Assembly: GCF_006345805.1 (NCBI RefSeq)
Contig: NC_042999.1
Coordinates: forward strand, 29,574,001 to 29,638,000
Length of the DNA stretch: 64,000 bases
Direction of reading: 5' to 3'
Origin: Octopus sinensis
Taxonomy: Eukaryota
Below are positions 25,163 to 39,493 of this stretch, one piece after another. Each line of letters opens with the position of its first letter. Within the stretch, counting starts at the first letter, position 1. The notes under the pieces were generated by a model. It saw only the letters and a program-made list of their open reading frames with translations. It was not told where the DNA came from and ran no database searches. Made by a program: the position numbers and the translations under genes.

Positions 25163-27829
25163 AGTTATTTAAGAGTGACTGTGTGTATGTGCCTACGCGT
25201 TTGATTATACAGGTAGAGACAGAGAAATTGAGAGAGGAGATGAGTGAGAGTAGAGACAGAAAAAACCGGAGATAATAGACATATTTTTCTTGTGATGACT
25301 TCTAAAAATAATGTTGAGAAATATGTAAATGGTTTTGTGTACATTCATTCAAACTTATAACATACATATAGAGCATATAATGTGAGACTCAACTAGTAGT
25401 TTTGTAAAATATGGTGTGATTTACAAAGGCATACAGTAATACTTATTCACTTTTTGTAATCTTTAATGAGATATAGCATTTCAAAACACATTAAAGAAAT
25501 CGTAAGCTTTCCTTAGAAAGCTATGATCAGGCTACATCCTTGTGATACCACTCTGAGAGTATGTATTAACTTACTATTTGTTTAGACTAAATAATCTACT
25601 AACGCGTCAACAGATATTCTAATACGTGCAACTTATTACAGGATTTCAATGCAGGATTACAAACAATACTCATTGAGCGTGTAATAAAATTCCGAATATA
25701 GTATTAAGCACAAACCGACGAATCTCTGACTATATTTAACGTTTTTATAAGCCTTTCTTGTTGGCTGCTAATATTTCTATGAAGCCTGAAAGGACTAGGT
25801 TGCTTATGTTTTCAAGGACAAACTCAAATAACAATTCATTACATATATTATGAGAAAATATTATTTTCATCTGTTATTACGGATCATAATTTTATTTTTA
25901 ATAATAGGCTATTTAGTTAATCATGTTTAAGCTCCTTTATTAAACAGAGCATGTCCGTTTATGCGAAGATACTCCAAGACTAATCAAGGCTTGCTTATGT
26001 TTCTCAGCACTCGTATCGATATTCAACATATTGACTGTGGAGTCATTTGTTTGACTAAGCTGATTAATAAGATCCATAAAAAGAAATCTAACTACATTTA
26101 TATGACGAATGCAGTTTTTATTTATTTATTTGTTTTCTTCAGAGTGATGTGCCTGTGTATTTCGTTGAATACATATCTCGCATATATGTGATGAATATAA
26201 GAATCATAGATTCAACTAGTTTCAGTAATCGTTATATTATCCAACTCTGGAATTAAATATTTATTATGTTCACATATCTATAGTAGTAATAATCTTCTTG
26301 TTTTTGGTAACATGAATCTAGCACAAAAAGAAATCAAATGAAAGCGATATGCTTACCCATCACTTCTCCTGACCAATTAGGTTTGAATATGAATTTTGGC
26401 TTTTAACATTTTCTCTGAGGATTACAATTCCGTTTGTTTTTCTAGCTTTGTAGCCAATATTATTTAAAAGGTAGTTTAACGTGATGATTTGACATTTTAT
26501 TACTTTATTAAGAAATATTTCTCTCAATGAAATTGTTTATGGAATGGATTTGATACTTATAGGCTTATCGACAGAAGCCTTCATGTGGCGTTCGTATGCA
26601 AAACTTCCATTTGTTTTATATATTTTCTATTTCAACAAGAATATATTATGTTCATTTATATTGTTCCCTGCAAGCATGGTAAAAGTGATTCGGCTTTGTA
26701 CTGTACATATAGAGAGTTTACGAATCTTAAGAATTTTAATCGACAATGATCAGAGGTAATTTGAATGACAAAGATGAGAGAGGCAATACATTCTACAATG
26801 ATCATAGAAGCAATGTTATTATTCAATTGTTTAGACACTAATATAGTAAGTTGGAATGTATTTTCTCTGCTGTTATCTCGTATGTAACGTAGTTACTCTA
26901 ACTGATGGAACAAACACTCGGCGAAATAGTAATTACACGCACTATTATTCAATAATAATAATAAAAAAAAACAATACTGCGAGATAGTATGAATGCTATT
27001 TCTGTTGATGAATGCGCCATGAATACAAGACAATAAACTGTTCATTTCCCCAAAGAATGACCTCAATAATCATATTAAGTAATTATATTCATATTTCTAC
27101 ACAGTATTGTAACATTATGCAAAAGTAATTGTTTACTAATGTGCACTGAATTTTAGAATTCCGACAAATAGGGATGTACATAAGTTTAGTGAAATTGCAT
27201 TGTTCTTGTACCAATACACAAAGCAAAGCCATATATATATATTGAATCTTAACAGATGATACAACGTGTGCATGTGAGCATGAAAGAATGCAGAGTATTA
27301 GATGCGGAAATATATACGTAACTAGTTTTCATCAAAGGCAATTTCAGGTTAGATCATTTGATAATTTGATTAAATATATTAGTGGAAATATTACTGTAGT
27401 CGTGCGATAGGGATTTATGTTAGAGAGAGAAAAATCTCATATGCGATAACACGTTTTAATGGGACAAGCAACATGTCCAAATCATATATGATAACGGTTG
27501 TGTAATTCTTTTACCTTGGTTTTCTTCTTATTTCGGTTACATTTTATGACAAATCACAAGTCTCTGTTCTCTAAGTTGACTCCTCTGAAAGACTGGTGAT
27601 TTACAAAGCTAGAAAAAAAATCAAGACAGTTAAAACATTGTTACACGAATGTTTAAGACTTAATGCGGAATAATAATATTTGAAAAAAATTCTATCCTTA
27701 AACTTCCAAAATTTTTACATTAACAAATACTTTTTTCTTTTTAGCTTACATGATTAAAAGAAATACTTAAGTATTCATTCTGTAGTGTGCATTTTCTTAC
27801 GACTAAAAGACCGAATGTGTTTGCCAGAA

Positions 27830-28170
27830 AAAGCATCTCCAAATATCTCAAACTTATAGCTATTCTAAACACCTGGCCCGCTCAGAATATTCCATTTGAG
27901 TATAGATTATTTCAGCACGGCATCTTACAGCTGTTCAATCTCGACGATTATAATTTTTTTAAGGCATTTGAACACCTAATTTCATGATTGGCTCAAAGTC
28001 ATCGACAAAAGTTTGGATATTCTCATTCATGCAGCACTAGTATTTCAGCACTGTTATTTCATATAGGACTTATTTGTAGACTAATGCATTTTATCTTTGT
28101 TCCGTTCATATTCAAAACATGCCCTGCCAAACGAAACCGAATAAAAGGATGTATAATAGGACATGTAAAT
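27830..28170 (-). mobile_element. Possible decayed RTE-like LINE 3' coding fragment
   Basis: Minus frame RFRLAGHVLNM resembles the RTE motif RLRWAGHVxRM; the rest is poorly conserved. Confidence 0.35.
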
Positions 28171-28944
28171 AGTGAGGTCAATAGAGTACTTTGATATTAA
28201 TTATGCTATTCTATTGTATGAATTTAGCTTCTATCAAGTCTCAACTATGCTCACATGTATACATATATACGGATGTGCTGTCTGAAAATTTTAAAAAATT
28301 AATACAGTAAAAATCATGCTTGTTAATTCAAGACGAATTTCTTTTAGAATTAAGGACTCGAAATTGAACCAAGAATTATATGATAGTACGAACAAACTGA
28401 CAACTGAGCAATGCCAAGCAACATATGCCAGATCTGATTGCATAATGAAAATTCAATTACTTCTATATTATTTTAATCTTGTAACACATGTTGCAGTTCA
28501 GTTCAACGAATTGTTGTTATCAATTTTTTTTTACGATGAACAGTCATAGTGATAACATCTGTAAATGAAAGGATGTCACCTGACATGTTTGAATTGAAAT
28601 ACACCCAATATTGGAAAAAAAACTATGTGTCATGATGATAAAGAGAAAGTCCCAACATGCTTATAATTTGACAGTTTCTCAAAGATCTATCAACGCTGTA
28701 TAGGTGTAAGATGTGATTACATTTTATATTAATGATAACACACTTTTAGAATTCAAAATTTAAAATATATTTGTTTCTTATGTTCAAATTTACTGCAAAT
28801 AGATGTAACTGATAAATGTAACTGTTGCTGTTGAGCAAGAGGTATATTCAATATTTCTATATTTCCCATTCACTGTCCCCTATTAATACACATACACATG
28901 TTTGTATTAATACCCAGATACGCATATACACACACATATAAATA

Positions 28945-30589
28945 TCTACGTATATATAAGAAAGGTTATGTCTGTCTATTTGACCCACAAAGTGAAAATA
29001 TAACCAGAGACTATCTGCCTTTGATTTTCTTTCTATGTTTCCTCTATTCTCTCTCTTTATATATATTATCTCTCTGTCTGTCTGTCTGTCTGTTTCTCTG
29101 CCATGCTATTTCAAAGAGATTCTGTCTCTTTGTCCCGCAAAATGAACCTCAAACCAGACACCATCTCTGTATGATTTTCTTTCTTCTCTGTCGTTTTCCT
29201 TCAATGTCTTTCTTTCTCTCTCTCTCTCTCTCTGTCCCTCTTCCGTTCTCGGCGAGGAGAGACTTCCAATTGATGAAGAAAAGCTTCTTACACTCAATCC
29301 AATTTGTAATTCAACTAATTTACTTGATGATTTGGTGAATGGAATCTTTTCTAATTTTCTGCATAATGCAGCAATACGAATTGGATCTGTGAGCGAGCTA
29401 TCCTGGCTCCCAAAACGTCTTGCAGTTGATAGCATTAAGAATATACTATTGAATAAATTTCCGGGAGATATATTGGCTTATAACCCAATTGACAGTGTTG
29501 TTGATGATCAGGATAATGTTAAAACGCCATCGAAATTTCGAACTCACTAGATCCACCAGGTATAGCTCCTCATAGTCTTCAGCAGAAAAAGGAACTACTA
29601 TTATGATATTGCGTAATTTGTCTCAACCAAAATTATGCAACGGTACAAGATTAATTGAGCACAAACTTATGAGTATCTGCTTGATGAAAATATTCTCACT
29701 GGTTGTGGTAAAGGAGACACCGCCTTCATTCTTCGTATACCAGTTATACCATCTAACGCTCATTCTACTTCAAAAGATTACATGTTCCTATACGAGGTTC
29801 ATTTGCCACAAACATCAATAAAAGTCAGGGCCAAACACTAAATGTTGCTGGATTGCAACGCCAAGAACTGCGAAGTCAAAGTAGGAGCATCATGTGCTGG
29901 ATGGAGCAAAAGGAAATGATTTTGCTGACGTTGCCCGAAATAAAACAAAAAAGCATTGCTTATAAGGCAATATTCAGTCTTAATGCAACATGAGTACTTC
30001 AATAACTCAATTTCCCATTACTATCATTACATTCAAGTATGACTATGTTACCTCTTTCAATGATCTGTATCATATAATTGTCATGACTGTATTGATGAAT
30101 ATAATAAAAAATAAAACTTACTATTGTAATATAATAAATCAACTGAAGTTCATGTCTTTTCTTGTTCAATTTTTAAAAGATGTCAAAAGATCACCATGTG
30201 TAGTAAAGGAATATGTACACCGAAATAAAATAATATAAAACATTGTTTATAAAGAAATATTCATTCTTAATGCAACATAAATACTTCAGCAACTTCATAT
30301 ACTAATACCAACATTAGAATGAAGAAAGAGTTAATTACTTATTCCAATGAACGGTATTATATAATTGTCATTAATGCATATATTAATAAAATAATACATA
30401 TACAACTCACATATTATTGACATATCATAACAAACCACAAGTCCGTGTATAATATTCACCTTCCTTCTACGTCAATTTTTGCATGGCTTAATCTTCTAAA
30501 AATACATACATAGAGGAGGAGTAAATTAAATGTGGCTCCCGATAAACAGAGAATATAATTACCCGATCAACGCCGGGTATTACTACTCG
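28945..30589 (+). mobile_element. Internally deleted Helitron with Pif1-like helicase remnant
   Basis: 5' TC..TATATATAAG..TGTCTGTCT start; IMILRNLSQPKLCNGTRL, ILTGCGKG, RIPVIPS, NINKSQGQTL; 3' hairpin CCCGATCAACGCCGGG followed by a degenerate CTAG. Confidence 0.85.
29340..29870 (+). pseudogene. Helitron Pif1-family helicase C-terminal fragment
   Basis: Motifs as above, broken by stops and frameshifts. Confidence 0.85.
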
Positions 30590-30835
30590 TATGAAACGTA
30601 GAGTAGATGAAACCATAGCGACTGAAGAATTGTTTTTTTCTTTGTGTTAATTGTCATGTACTCTATATTTTTGTTGTTAAAAGAAAATGTCCAGTTCCTT
30701 TGGTTTGTGTCTATATTTTCGTTTCTCATTGTGTTCGACGTCTTTTTGGTGTCCTGTACTCATATATGCGTGTACATGTACATGTAGAGGTAGGTACGTA
30801 CATATATGTTTATATATATGCATATGTTTTATTTA

Positions 30836-30908
<73 letters not shown>

Positions 30909-30982
30909 TAATAAATATTAGGGAATAAATCCAAACTTACAGGGAAAAATCAGATTAGGATTGAATCCAATTTTATAGTAAA

Positions 30983-31386
30983 ATATTATATTAGAGATAA
31001 AACCACTATTAGGCAAATCGTACAATGAAAAAGTTAAGCCAATACATAAGATTATTTAATTTATATTATTTAAATATATAACAAAATTATAAAAAAATAT
31101 AATTAATATAACTCTACGATCGTTTCATGGCTGTTAATTTCTTTAAATTTTCGAGTTACAGTCATTCATCAGGTGGTTTAAATATTTAACTTGGCGAGGT
31201 TTAATCAATGAGTTCATTGATCGAAAATTTAAAGAAATTAACAGCCATTAAACGATCGTAGTGTTATATTAATTATATTTTTTTAATAATTTTGTTATAT
31301 ATTTAAATAATATAAATTAAATAATCTTATGTATTGGCTTAAGTTTTTCATTGTATGATTTGCCTAATAGTGGTTTTATCTCTAAT

Positions 31387-31395
<9 letters not shown>
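30983..31395. repeat. Fold-back PLE pLTR relic (about 172-bp arms, 67-nt spacer) between (TA)n tracts
   Basis: Arms 30983-31153 and 31221-31395 are reverse complements with few mismatches. Confidence 0.9.
31110..31179 (-). ncRNA. Hammerhead ribozyme motif, type I
   Basis: CTGATGA, stem II ATGACTGT/ACAGCCAT (7 of 8 pairs), GAAAC-GATC-GTA with palindromic ACGATCGT; stem I weakened. Confidence 0.72.
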
Positions 31396-31461
<66 letters not shown>

Positions 31462-31485
31462 AGAGAGAGAGAAAGAGAGAGAGAG

Positions 31486-31520
<35 letters not shown>
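31394..31520. repeat. (TA)n(GA)n microsatellite
   Basis: Direct reading. Confidence 0.95.
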
Positions 31521-31523
<3 letters not shown>

Positions 31524-34500
31524 TATATGGATACATGTATGTAGATATGCTTATATAATACATAGCTGAAAATGTATATATGTAAATGTGTACATATTTG
31601 TATGTAAGTATTAAAAGTTTATAATGAGTGTTGTATAGATTTAAGGTCCAGTTTCCCGGAGATGGTATTACCAAACCGAATACTTAAGGAGTGTATATCT
31701 AATAATATGTTTATGGTAGTTCACATGACCGATATGTTGGTATTAAACCTCATGAGTGACAATCAATGTTTAGTGCGTAGCAGACAATAACGAAACTATC
31801 CTCAGTATGTATTATAACTGGGGAAGCGTATTCTAAAGATTGACTCGTTGGTAGTTTCTGAGATGAGTGAGGCATGTGTTGTAAGATTTATTTCTATTTG
31901 CCATGTATTCAATTCGTCATTAAAGTAAATATGATCCCTATGTCTCTGTTAATTCTAAGATACTAGGTCATGATGATCTTTTCAGCGTATCATGGGGATG
32001 CAATTAAAATAGAATATTAATTAAATGTCTTTTTTCACAATTATTTTCTTTTTAGGTTCTTTCTTGCATTATTCATTATTCAGTTCCTTTTATTTCTTTT
32101 ACTATTGTTAACAAAACGAAGAGACTTAAGTAAATGACACGAGAAAGAATATACCGCTGTTATATAAATAATAAACTCAAACTTATTTATTTTGCAAATA
32201 TTTATTCATATCAAAATTTATCACGAACACAAACTCGATAACTAAAAGCTATGGAAATATAATAAAAAAAACATTAAGATATTAAAGTTTTAATTTATGA
32301 TCTAAAACTTTCAAATAATGGAATTTTTCTTTAGACCATAACCGTCTGTGGCGTTTCTCTAAAGCGTGTTGCTACCGTACTATTTCATCTTTTTTCCTGG
32401 TTTCTTTTCCCTGGACACATGATGCAGCTTGATTATGATGAAAATATTCTTAGTTATGTAAATAAATATTTTTGCCTACTTTCTAGCGTCGGTTTACAAA
32501 TAAATACTTTTACTATATATGATTTATTATTATCTTTTTCACCTAGAACTCGCCAAAGCATTTATGTTGCGCAGTAAATGATACCAGCTCAAAAATTTCG
32601 AGAACTAACTGCAGCAATTATTTCACACTGGCTTCCGCCACAAGATTTCAGACAAACTAGGCTTTCCCAATTTCGAGGTGCAGTACAAACTAAGTCCAGA
32701 ATAACAGAATGAAATATCTGGTGATAAATTGAGCGATGGAAAACTATCCCAGGTAGGTGGGGAGATACAATTGTCTCACAGTCGTATCCTAGTTCATGTA
32801 AATTAAGCTAGAGATTGAGAAACCATATCCACTGCCTGGAATATGTGTAATATGTTCTATAACTGGAAGTGATTAGAGAAAACTTACTTCAAATGAATAG
32901 ACTACATATTGTACAGCAACATACATTTTGAATATAGAAATCGTGTAATGTTCTTACTTCTTGTATTGTCAGCTCTGACTATATGAATTGATATCCAGGT
33001 GATAATTTGGATTATAATATCAATTTGTGCTTTTCCATTTAATGTGGTATAACTGAATTAAGATAGATTTGGATGCTCTTTCAAACATACCAAATGGCCA
33101 CTTACAACTTTTTTTAAAAACCTGAATTGAAATATTTACTTTTCTATCTTTGCATGAACACCCTCTCTGTACATAACTCCATGTCCCCCTACATGGCCAT
33201 GATTTTTGCTTTTTGAGCCAAAAATCTAACTTAACTTAACTTATCTGTGCTTCTTCGGTTAGTACATCATTTCAGCCTCAAAATATTTGTTCTGTAAAGT
33301 ATAAAGACATGGTAATTCATTGGAGGTAACTTGAAGTAACTGTGGGTATTATGTTTTCCATTGATAACGTTTACTTTGATGCTTATTGGGTGTAATGTTA
33401 ATCGTATATACATGTTTCAGTGGTAAGGGAACTAGTAAAGTTAAATATACTAGCTTACCCGATAACACACAACACTTCTCCGACCAGAAATATAAAAAAA
33501 ACACAACTTAATCAACGACTGACCATTAGCCTAACTATTAGTTATCACCCCTTTGCAATATACAATTGTGTGCTTTACGTTAACCACTTTTTGGGAAATA
33601 CGCCTTATGTTTTCCTACATATAACGTTACAGATAGTTGAGAAGTTAAATTTCAAGCAATGTCTATGTCGAAAGCCTACAAGTTTAATGTTAATCTTCGA
33701 CTCATGTCTTCTATTCTATCTACATCTATACATCTCAAAATGCCTCTGTGTGTGTGTATGTGTATGTTATTTATGCGTTTCAGCCTTTTTCATCCGATTT
33801 TGATGATTTTAGTTTTATTAAATGGCAAATTTACTCAGAGAGATAATTGCTGCATTACCGATGACTAGGAATACCACTCTTCTGGGATAAAGATCAATAA
33901 ACTGAATGGACTCACACTTTTTGCCACAAAAGGACAAACATTTGCACGCCTGAAATTTTCTAACAGGAAAATCAGATTTTTAGAATTTTGGTGTCAAAAG
34001 GACCACCGTGAGATGAAATTTCAGACAAATATTATGGCACTGTCTTGGGACTCCTCATTCCCAAGAAAATTGGACAAAGCTTTGAAAAAATCGATTTTTC
34101 GCATGTTTTGCTATGTTACACATAAGAAGACGTTATACTAGAAAGTCTGCTTTCTTTGGTTTTTACGTGTAGAAAGCTACAATGTAATGACCGTTCTATC
34201 AATTATCTGTTCTATGTCCAAAGGCATGTCTATGCGACAAAAAAAACGCGATAAACTGTGAAAGAATCGATTTTATACACCTTTCTCCACTTTAAATTTT
34301 CAAAATCTCCTCACTATTTCGGTGGATTGCGTTCACACTTTACACACTATTTACTCATCCTAAGGATAACGTTAGGGGTTTCCGTTTAAAAAACCGATTT
34401 TTGCTCTTAAATCACTTACAACAGATCTACGAAATATTGAGAAACATCACCTTATCGCCTTTTTGCAGAATTACACCCAAGAAAGCTGTTTCAATGAACG

Positions 34501-36299
34501 CCCGATTTTTGCTTTTTATTGGAAAAGGACCACTATATTGCGTCATTTCTGGAATGTATTTGTCCCTGTGCATCTGGATTCTACAGTAAAATGCAGAACA
34601 TGGACACTCCTCCACCTTCAACACCTTCACCTTTTTGCAGAGGGCTAGCTCTTGGTAAACTTTCCAGTCTAACTTACTTCTTCACGTCCGAAAATGACTC
34701 ATAGCACTTAGTTTGAGGCATTGACACCGATACCCACATAATTAGACAATATCATTTCAACACCAATCTAAGAGGATCAAAAGTCTGTGATAGCAAGACA
34801 TTGAGCGATTTGTAAACATTCCCCTCCACCAGCATTAGCCGAGCTTCGAGCACCTCCTCCGGCATTTGGTTGTTCAACTTAATAAATGTCACTTGGGAAA
34901 ATCGCTTCTTCATTAAAGTCAATGTTTGTACCTTAACGCAAATATCTTCAAAGAGATGTACAACGATGAAAATTTTAGAACCAATTTAGACCATTGCCGA
35001 GTATTTAATATCCGAGGAACGCCTGGTACTCCTGTTTAATATATAACATGGCGTAAATGTAGAATTACGCACAGTTCGCTCACTGGGGGACCGATAATCC
35101 TGCATTGTGGGAGCTAGATGATTAAGCAGTTAACTTATTCTGTCGATGTACGTTGTTAACTAATTAGGTGAAAAGCCGAAATAATAATGGGAAAATAAAG
35201 GAATAAACTTATGTTTATACGATGATTTCGTTAAATTCTCAGATATACAAATGGTGATGATGGAAATTATCTTTATGATGCCGCAGATTATCATTTTATT
35301 GTTATTATTGCTTCCATGTTTAACTCAGAAAAAGCCATCTGTTGTGTTAAGAAAAGTAGTAAATCCTGACCATATCCAATTTATAAAAGCGCATATAAGG
35401 TTAATTAGTTGGATAATATACGTTTCCATATTTAAGACAAACGTTTGATATTTGAGAACGGGGAACGTCTTCATAGACATTTTTCACGAATTGGATTTTT
35501 GGATGTTCCTGTTTTGTTTGATAGCTGACAGAATTTCCGATGTAGGAAATAATGTTTCATTTGCATTTATCACTATTAATTCATGTTATGCATATACAAT
35601 TGATAAGATATTCAATAATGGATTTCTAGTCACGTATGTTATTCTGTACGTATGTTACACATCATACATCACTGTTGGTATATAGGTGACGTTTTAATCA
35701 TCCGTTCATTACTTCCAAAAATTGGTTGTTGAAAACTTGAGCAGAAGAGGAGAGGAGAAACTTTGACTGGAAATAAATGTCATCAACACAAAAAAAAAAA
35801 AAAAACTTTTTCACATACAGAATAGGAAATAATGCTGCACTGCATTTTCCTCACACTTTAAGAGGTAGTGCAGATCACCACCTGAAGTTCATGAATTAAT
35901 CTAAAGAATTTATATTGATGGGAGTCGCTAGAAATACTAAAAGTACGAAGCAATATAGATACATAGACACAACATAGATATATAGACACAAGTACCAAGC
36001 GAGCGAAACATAAATATAAACAGCAACAGAGGAGTTTTATAACAACAGCAAAAACAAAATACAACACAACACTTCACCTCCGAAAACCAAACAACGAAGA
36101 TCGATCTATGGGTAAACCATAACACCGAATAATATAAACATGAACAACATATCATCAAACCAACTGGCAAACCAAAGAGGCACCTTTATTTTTTACTAAC
36201 TTATCTAGAACATATGAAGGCCGGCCTAAGCCATGAGATCCGGCGTGCTATCAGTAGCCATATATCCAAGACACAAGGAACATCCACTAACAATCAACT

Positions 36300-36635
36300 G
36301 TGGAAACACTCCGTCGGTTACGACGATGAGGGTTCCGGTTGATCTGAATCAACGGAACAGCTTGCTCGTGAAATTAACGTGTAAGTGGCTGAGCACTTCA
36401 CAGACACGTGCACCCTTAACGTAGTTCTCAGGGATATTCAGCGTGACACAGAGAGTGACAAGGCCGGCCCCTTGAAATACAGGTACAACAGAAAGAGGAA
36501 GTAAGAGTGGAGTGAGAGAAAGTTGAGGCGAAAGAGTACAGCAGGGGTCGCCGCCACCCCCTGCCGGAGCCTCGTGGAGCTTTAGGTGTTTTCGCTCAAT
36601 AAACACACAGAACGCCCGGTCTGGGAATCGAAACC
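36300..36635 (-). mobile_element. Mosaic SINE inserted in the LINE with 13-bp TSD
   Basis: TSD CTAAC(A/C)ATCAACT at 36287-36299 and 36636-36648. 5' half resembles the 5969 family; 3' half resembles the 24861 family. Confidence 0.88.
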
Positions 36636-37099
36636 CTAACCATCAACTAGAACACCACACGCACACACAGCTTCATACTAAATCTCCCACTCACTGCTAG
36701 TTCTAAACAGCATAGCACGATATTAGGCATTTAGAACAATACAGACATCAAATTACATTTGTCTGGACATTCGTACTAAAAGTGTCATCGACCCATCACT
36801 CACTGCCCCAAAATGGAATATCCCATACATATATAGTCGGCTTGCCGAAACGGCACACTGCATCCTTTTCGTTATCCTTACTGAAAGTCACCTAAACAGC
36901 ACTCACATTGATGCCGAGCTGAAAATAAAAGGTTTCATTATTATTCTTGCAGATCGCACAGACCGAAATAAAGGAGGAACAGACATGTTTCTTCGTGACT
37001 CCTATTTACTTGATGCCAAGGATATATTTTCCATTGGCTAGTGCGAATCCATATCAATATTCAATAAGGTCAATATTCAATAATATCAATATTCAATAA

Positions 37100-37331
37100 G
37101 GCGGCGAGCTGGCAGAAACGTTAGCACGCCGGGCGAAATGCTTAACGGTATTTCGTCTGCCGTTATGTTCTGAGTTCAAATTCCGCCGAGGTCGACTTTG
37201 CCTTTCATCCTTCCGGGGTCGATAAATTAAGTACCAGTTACGCACTGGGGTGGGAGTAATCGACTTAATCCCTTTGTCTGTCCTTGTTTGTCTCCTCTAT
37301 GTTTAGCCCATTGTGGGTAGTAAAAAAATAA
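37100..37331 (+). mobile_element. tRNA-derived SINE (1880 family) inserted in the LINE
   Basis: Complete head and body; flanking duplication AATATTCAA(T/C)AAG. Confidence 0.92.
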
Positions 37332-39401
37332 ATATTCAACAAGGTCAACGACATTATCATTGTTGGTCTTTACAGTCCTCTAAATGCTTCATCAAATTCA
37401 AGTCCTTCAAAAATATAATACCGGAAACACACTGGTGATGGGTGAATTAAACCTTTCTTATATTAACTTTCCCGCGAATACTCTGAAGTTAGGCAACTGC
37501 AAATTACTCTTTAATGGATTATGTTTCCTGACACAGCTAGAGCTCCATCCATGAATATAGAATATAACAATCATGGATCTAATATTAACATACCACTCTA
37601 TCTCTATTCACAATATCAAAGAGCTGCAGATGAACAGCTGTTGATAAAAAAGTATAAAACAGAACTCATATGCAAATTAGCATAAGACCAGTGTCTAGCC
37701 AGTTGGTCCATTGATCGATGATAACGGCATCCTGCAGCACTATGCTAAAGAAATGGCAGAATTACTGCAGAAACAATATTGCTCTGTCCTTAGTAATCCC
37801 ACTGATATTGACGTAAGGGAAGCGAACGAAGTTGATACCCAACATATAATCTCGGACATACCCTGTACCGCTTCAGAAATCACAGTAGCAATAAATGAGT
37901 ACCAATACTGCTGCAGGCCCTGTAAGATTCCCCGCTAATCGCATGAAGGAATGTAGACGCTAACTTGCAGACCCTCTAACTAACCTCTGGAGAAATTCTT
38001 TGAACTCAAATTAAATACCGAAACAGCTCTTATCCCGTTTTTGAAACAGAAAAACAGATCGTTCGCAGTTAGCTATCATCCAACCTCAATCACTTCCCAT
38101 ATCTTCGAGAACCACATACTCCGACATCCAAACCGGCATGGCTTTCGCTCCGTCTGGGACTGTCTACCAAAACTCTTACACCACATTAATGATATCCTTA
38201 AGGCATTCAGATCAGGTTCGAACTCTAATGTCATGTAACTTGACTTCATTAAAGCGTTCTATAGAGTGGACCATAGTATCCTACTGTCAAAATTATGAAA
38301 GATTGGAGTCAGTGAAATACTATACACTGGATTGTGTATTTCCTGGAGAACTGAACACTTGTTCTTATCAGTAGAATCAACTCAAGCCCAACAAAATTCA
38401 CAAGTGATCTCCCTCAGGGGACTGTCTTGGGTCCGCTCCTATTTATAGTCTATATAATCGACCTATCCAGCGTCATAAAACAGAGCAAATTGAAAATAAT
38501 TGCGTATGACTCTAAGCTCTAGAAAAATTATCAATGAAGAAGACTGAACTAAAATCCTGTCTGATCTACATGCTGTGATTCAATGGACAGACAAAAACAA
38601 ACTGGAACTAAACGAGGGACAATTTGAGCTGATTCATTTTGGAAGAAAGACTATTCTCAGACAGCTATAATCTCTTCCTTCGGCGGAACCAGTAACAGCA
38701 TCTGGTAATATCAGAGACCTAGGAATAATTGTTGATAATCTCAGCTGGAATACCTACACCAACAATGAGGTCGATATAGCTCACAGTATGAGCTCCTGGA
38801 TCCTAAGTACCTTCCGGTCAGAGAACAAGGTGTAATTATTTCTTTTTCTCCTCGTTTGTACTGCCACACCTCGAATATTGCTGTCGCCTGTGGTCTCACT
38901 CATACAAAACAAGACATCTCGAAATACATGACTGATATCGATTATTGGGACCGCCTCAAAGAATTGAAATTCCATTATCTCCAGCGCTGCAGCGAGCGAT
39001 ACATCATTTGCACGATGTGTATAATATACCACGAGCATTGCCCAAACGACCTAACCATTAGCTTCAATATTCATCCAATGGTAGGTCCACGGGTCATAGT
39101 CTCCTACCAAATTCAGGATGACAACACATAAATACACTGCCCTATTTAAAATTGTCCCGAAATAGATCAAAGAGGAAAAAGGATCCCATTATCTTTAAAC
39201 CGGATCTGAGAAGAATTTCTTCAAGGAATACCAGATCAACCACCTATACCTCGATGCAACTCACTCAACAATATCTTCCTAATTGAATGGAGTATAATAC
39301 CATCAAACTTGATTCAAAAAGGATTTAGCTAATCTTATATCAGGTGGTGCGATTACGTTAGACATGGATTGGACAACTCTTTGGTCGAATCATATCTACG
39401 T

Positions 39402-39433
<32 letters not shown>

Positions 39434-39493
39434 ATATATATATGCGCTTATTCCTTTCAGTTGAAGTGTGTAGGATCGAAGCATAAATCACTA

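Larger units (their letters stand above)
35860..39330 (+). mobile_element. Decayed CR1-like LINE (APE endonuclease + RT) interrupted by two SINEs
   Basis: LTESHL, ADRTDRNKGG (APE); HGFRS, PQGTVLGPLLFIVYI, RDLGIIVD, YWDRLKELK (RT). The 5' boundary is approximate. Confidence 0.85.

Noticed and set aside
37053-37100. Triple TCAATATTCAATAA repeat as a CRISPR-like array
   Set aside because: No spacers; it is a local duplication around a SINE target site in a eukaryotic LINE.
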